DNA of 44,286 bases from Atractiella rhizophila. Taxonomy: Eukaryota. This document shows, in pieces, positions 37,460-44,286 of the stretch. The notes under the pieces are model-generated. The model made no database searches. It saw only the letters and a program-made list of their open reading frames with translations, and had not been told where the DNA came from. Within the stretch, counting starts at the first letter, position 1. The number at the start of each line of letters is the position of its first letter. The stretch lies in NCBI GenBank assembly GCA_021432655.1, contig MU271480.1:11600-55885 (forward strand). Direction: 5' to 3'. The position numbers and the translations under genes are program-made.

Positions 37460-38356
37460 CTACCGCGCGACATCAGCCCCATCCCACCTACCCACGAGAA
37501 CGAGGACGAGGACGACGATCCGGCGACACTCAGCACTTTTAGGAAGAAGGAGAATCCAGAAGTGCGAGTAGCTGAAGCAGTGAGTCAACCGGAGGAATTC
37601 ACTCTCAAGGAAGGCTTCATCAAGGTGCCACTGCAACTCCCTGCGGACGACGAAACAAGGGCTTCTGCCACTGGGTTTTTGAGAGTGGTTTGGAAGGGCT
37701 GGTACGAGTTCGCGTGGGGTGAACTCCAAGGTCGCTGGAAGAAGTGGTCAGACGAGACTACTTTGGCGCAAGTCACGTTCGTAGGTTTGGTGCTTTTGGT
37801 TCAAGCGACGTTCTTCTCCTTCTTCGGAATGACGCTTTTCGACGGTGAATATCTCTTCAAGATATTCGCACCGATTTCCAAGCAGGTACCTGTCATTTGG
37901 AACGCAGCGTCAGCCCAATGCATCGCAGCACTCCACTACGCGCACTCTACCGTTTTCTTTGTCATCGACTTCTGTATTAAAGTGTTCAAGATGCTGCTCA
38001 ACCTCTTCCAGATCTACATGGAATCGCGCCAATTGGGATACGTGCCCCTCTTTCGCCCTATTCCATCGCTTCGAGATCTTTTTCTCGTCACTGCACCGAC
38101 TTGGATGGGCGGAAAACGCTCCTCAGTGTGGACGGACGCGATGATGACGACTTTCTATTGGCACAACCTCTACGTCAAGGTTCCTTTCGGTTTCATCACG
38201 ACTAATGGTCTCATTGGATATGCCTGGACGCTGGGATGGTTGTATTTCTTCCTTTCCTTCCCTATAATCGCCGCTCTATACGAGCTGAAAGTGTACGGGA
38301 GGGTCGTCTGTGCCTTGATTGCTCTAAGGCTGGTAAAGGCGATGCTTTATACTTGA
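37448..38356 (+). CDS. Uncharacterised multi-pass membrane protein, probably 5'-incomplete
   Basis: Intronless 302-codon ORF with several hydrophobic segments, homologous to the ORF at 43959-44285. Its ATG lies antisense within an OPT exon, so it may not be the true start. Confidence 0.65.
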   Translation: MFEYLPRDISPIPPTHENEDEDDDPATLSTFRKKENPEVRVAEAVSQPEEFTLKEGFIKVPLQLPADDETRASATGFLRVVWKGWYEFAWGELQGRWKKWSDETTLAQVTFVGLVLLVQATFFSFFGMTLFDGEYLFKIFAPISKQVPVIWNAASAQCIAALHYAHSTVFFVIDFCIKVFKMLLNLFQIYMESRQLGYVPLFRPIPSLRDLFLVTAPTWMGGKRSSVWTDAMMTTFYWHNLYVKVPFGFITTNGLIGYAWTLGWLYFFLSFPIIAALYELKVYGRVVCALIALRLVKAMLYT

Positions 38357-39502
38357 TTGTCGGGCAAAGTTATTGGCTTGCTTCGAATTTCTTTTTTCCT
38401 TTTTTTGCTTGAGTCAAAAATGGCCAAGATCAGAGCGTCGATGTATGAGTAAATTGTGATCCTTATCAGTGAAATGAAAACTTTTGTACCTGACCAACTC
38501 TGGGTTCCAGCGACGGGCAAATTACTGGTTTCAAATCCCGAGCAGATCACTCTCGTCTAGCGAGTGCTTCAGATAGTACAACCGATCAAGCTACTGCATG
38601 TCTTCATGAAACAACTGCAACGCAGATCAGCTGTCACAAGTACAGGTTCTTTTCAGGCAGATGGAAGAACACCGACTCCGAATAAATGCATATTTGTCCG
38701 TTGTATATTAAAGTCGGAAAATTGTCGAAAACGGTCAGGACAACTACTATCTTCTATTCGTTCTACAGCGAGGATTTTGATGAAAAAGAGAAACAGGGGG
38801 TAATAATTGCAAGCAAGTAGAGTGTCAGGTTGCAATGGACTAAGCATGTAAGGTCGACACAAGCGACGGTACCAACGAAGTGGTGTAGCGACAATTCTCT
38901 TTGCAATGGTGTAATGGCAATTCCTCTCATCACAGAAATCACTGGAACGACAATTCCTTGTACCCCAGCGTAATGACAATTCCCTCTTTACGCTTGCTTG
39001 ACCAATCTCCACTCTGCGATAATAAACATAGAGTTTTATCCTTTCGTTGCACGCTTCACGTTAATGCCAGGAAGCTCGCAAACGACATCAGCCCAAGATC
39101 AGCCACCACCGTCACCTATTTGCTTCCCAATAGACGAACTAACGTCGAACTAGAAATTTTCCTCATCAATCTGATTGACCGTGTACATTTCAAGTAAAGA
39201 AATCTTTCGCTGATGACTAGCCCATGCTGTAATCGTCTTTGCAGAATTTTGGATGAAATTTTTTGGCTCCAGTGACAGACAGGTAATTCCACTTTCTCGC
39301 CAAAACAACACCAGAAAATGATTCAAAAGCTCACTATTCTGCCAATCAGCGGTAGCGCAACAAGCCAAGAGCCTTTCCTCCTCTAGTATAGTAAAATGCC
39401 AGGGTTTGCGTTGGTCGTCCTTGAGTGTGCCCAGCTTTAGGGTTCGTAGTGAGCAGCTTAAAACCACCATCTCCTCCATCAGGCAGCATCTGGGCATCAG
39501 TC

Positions 39503-43192
<3,690 letters not shown>

Positions 43193-43958
43193 ATCAATCG
43201 GGTTTGGCGATCCATGAATCGGCTGGTTTAGTTTTTTAGACTCGAGCTCGCTCTGCTTCTTATCTTTCTACTTCTCTGTGTGTTGTGTATTCATTGACTT
43301 GCTTTATCCCTTCTCCCGCCCTCGTCTACAAAATACTAAAAAAGACCGGTCAGATACCCATACAAGTTCATATTCCTTTCCTTCTCAGATTCTCTTTTCA
43401 CTCAGCCTGTTTTGTTCACTTCCATTGACGCTTCACTTTCAGAATACGTCTTATGCCTTTGAGATGTCGAAAGCATGACGAGAGGAGGGTGGAAGGAGCT
43501 TTCCAAGCTCTGGAAGCTCGTGATGGATGACATTTGATTGATTGGCGTTGGCTCTGAATTGGTTTGCTTGGTTTGATTGCGATGAGGTTTGCGATGCGGT
43601 TGCGCGATGTACATTGTTATACGACTGATGAAAGAGTTATCCTCCTACTTCTAGCTGGCTTCAAACGATTCTGTTGGAAGGTCTGCTCCCATATGCATCA
43701 TGCTTGCTGTACCTTGTGCTCTTTGCCTTCTTGTAATCAAATCATCTACTGATCAGTGCTTTTCACTACGCAACCATCAACAATTCCACTGTCCCTTCAG
43801 CTGGTCCAGAAATCTGAGAGGTTCAAACATCATTTCAGTATAATAATAAGATAAGATACCTATTACATGCCATCACAGCGTGAGTAATACTCATCAAACC
43901 ATCACCATCAAAATAAATCTTCAAACCATGACCAAGCGTTCAAACCATCAGTTATGCA

Positions 43959-44285
43959 CTAAAGCAGAAAACCAATACCTCTCCAAACATCAAAAGCCAG
44001 GAATCCCACAGCTGTCACAACTTTGGTCTTCCCGAAGATTCCCTTTTCTCCCCAGAAATACCAAGTCGCAAGGCCGCACATGAGAGCGGGCCAACCTCCA
44101 AAGCGTACCAAGCCGACCATCCAATACATGGCAAAGAACCAAAGGATTGGGATCCAGATATAGAGGTTGAACCAGTGGAAAGCATACTGATGCTCTTCGT
44201 CCACCTTCGAATGAGGAGGTAGACCACCGAGCCAGGACGGGGCGAGAACACGATAAATGTTGAGAAGTGGAGGTGGACGGGCGAG
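43959..44285 (-). CDS. Uncharacterised membrane protein, C-terminal fragment running off the window
   Basis: Frame open from 44285 to TAG at 43959: LARPPPLLNIYRVLAPSWLGG...FHWFNLYIWIP followed by hydrophobic helices; shares motifs with the 37448-38356 product. Confidence 0.65.
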   Translation of the reverse strand, partial: LARPPPLLNIYRVLAPSWLGGLPPHSKVDEEHQYAFHWFNLYIWIPILWFFAMYWMVGLVRFGGWPALMCGLATWYFWGEKGIFGKTKVVTAVGFLAFDVWRGIGFLL

Positions 44286-44286
44286 C

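Overview
Eukaryotic DNA from an intron-rich fungus (probably a basidiomycete; this is inferred from ~50-nt introns and gene content, and the species cannot be named from the sequence). Genes were assembled by hand across introns, so some ends are approximate. In order: a decayed/unassignable left end with an 870-N gap; a low-complexity hypothetical gene; a LIP-type secretory lipase array (two full tandem copies plus a truncated copy made by an exact 1002-bp tandem duplication); a GH10 xylanase; an OPT oligopeptide transporter; a fourth, more distant lipase; NAP1; a two-exon transcription-factor gene joining an N-terminal Gti1/Pac2 (WOPR) domain to a C-terminal bZIP; a ~2.44-kb direct duplication sandwiching a divergent SKP1-like gene and an A32 tract; a 5'-truncated second OPT joined head-to-head to an unknown membrane-protein ORF; a YAK1 kinase; and a paralogue of that membrane protein at the right edge. 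The WOPR-bZIP fusion is the most notable candidate novelty.
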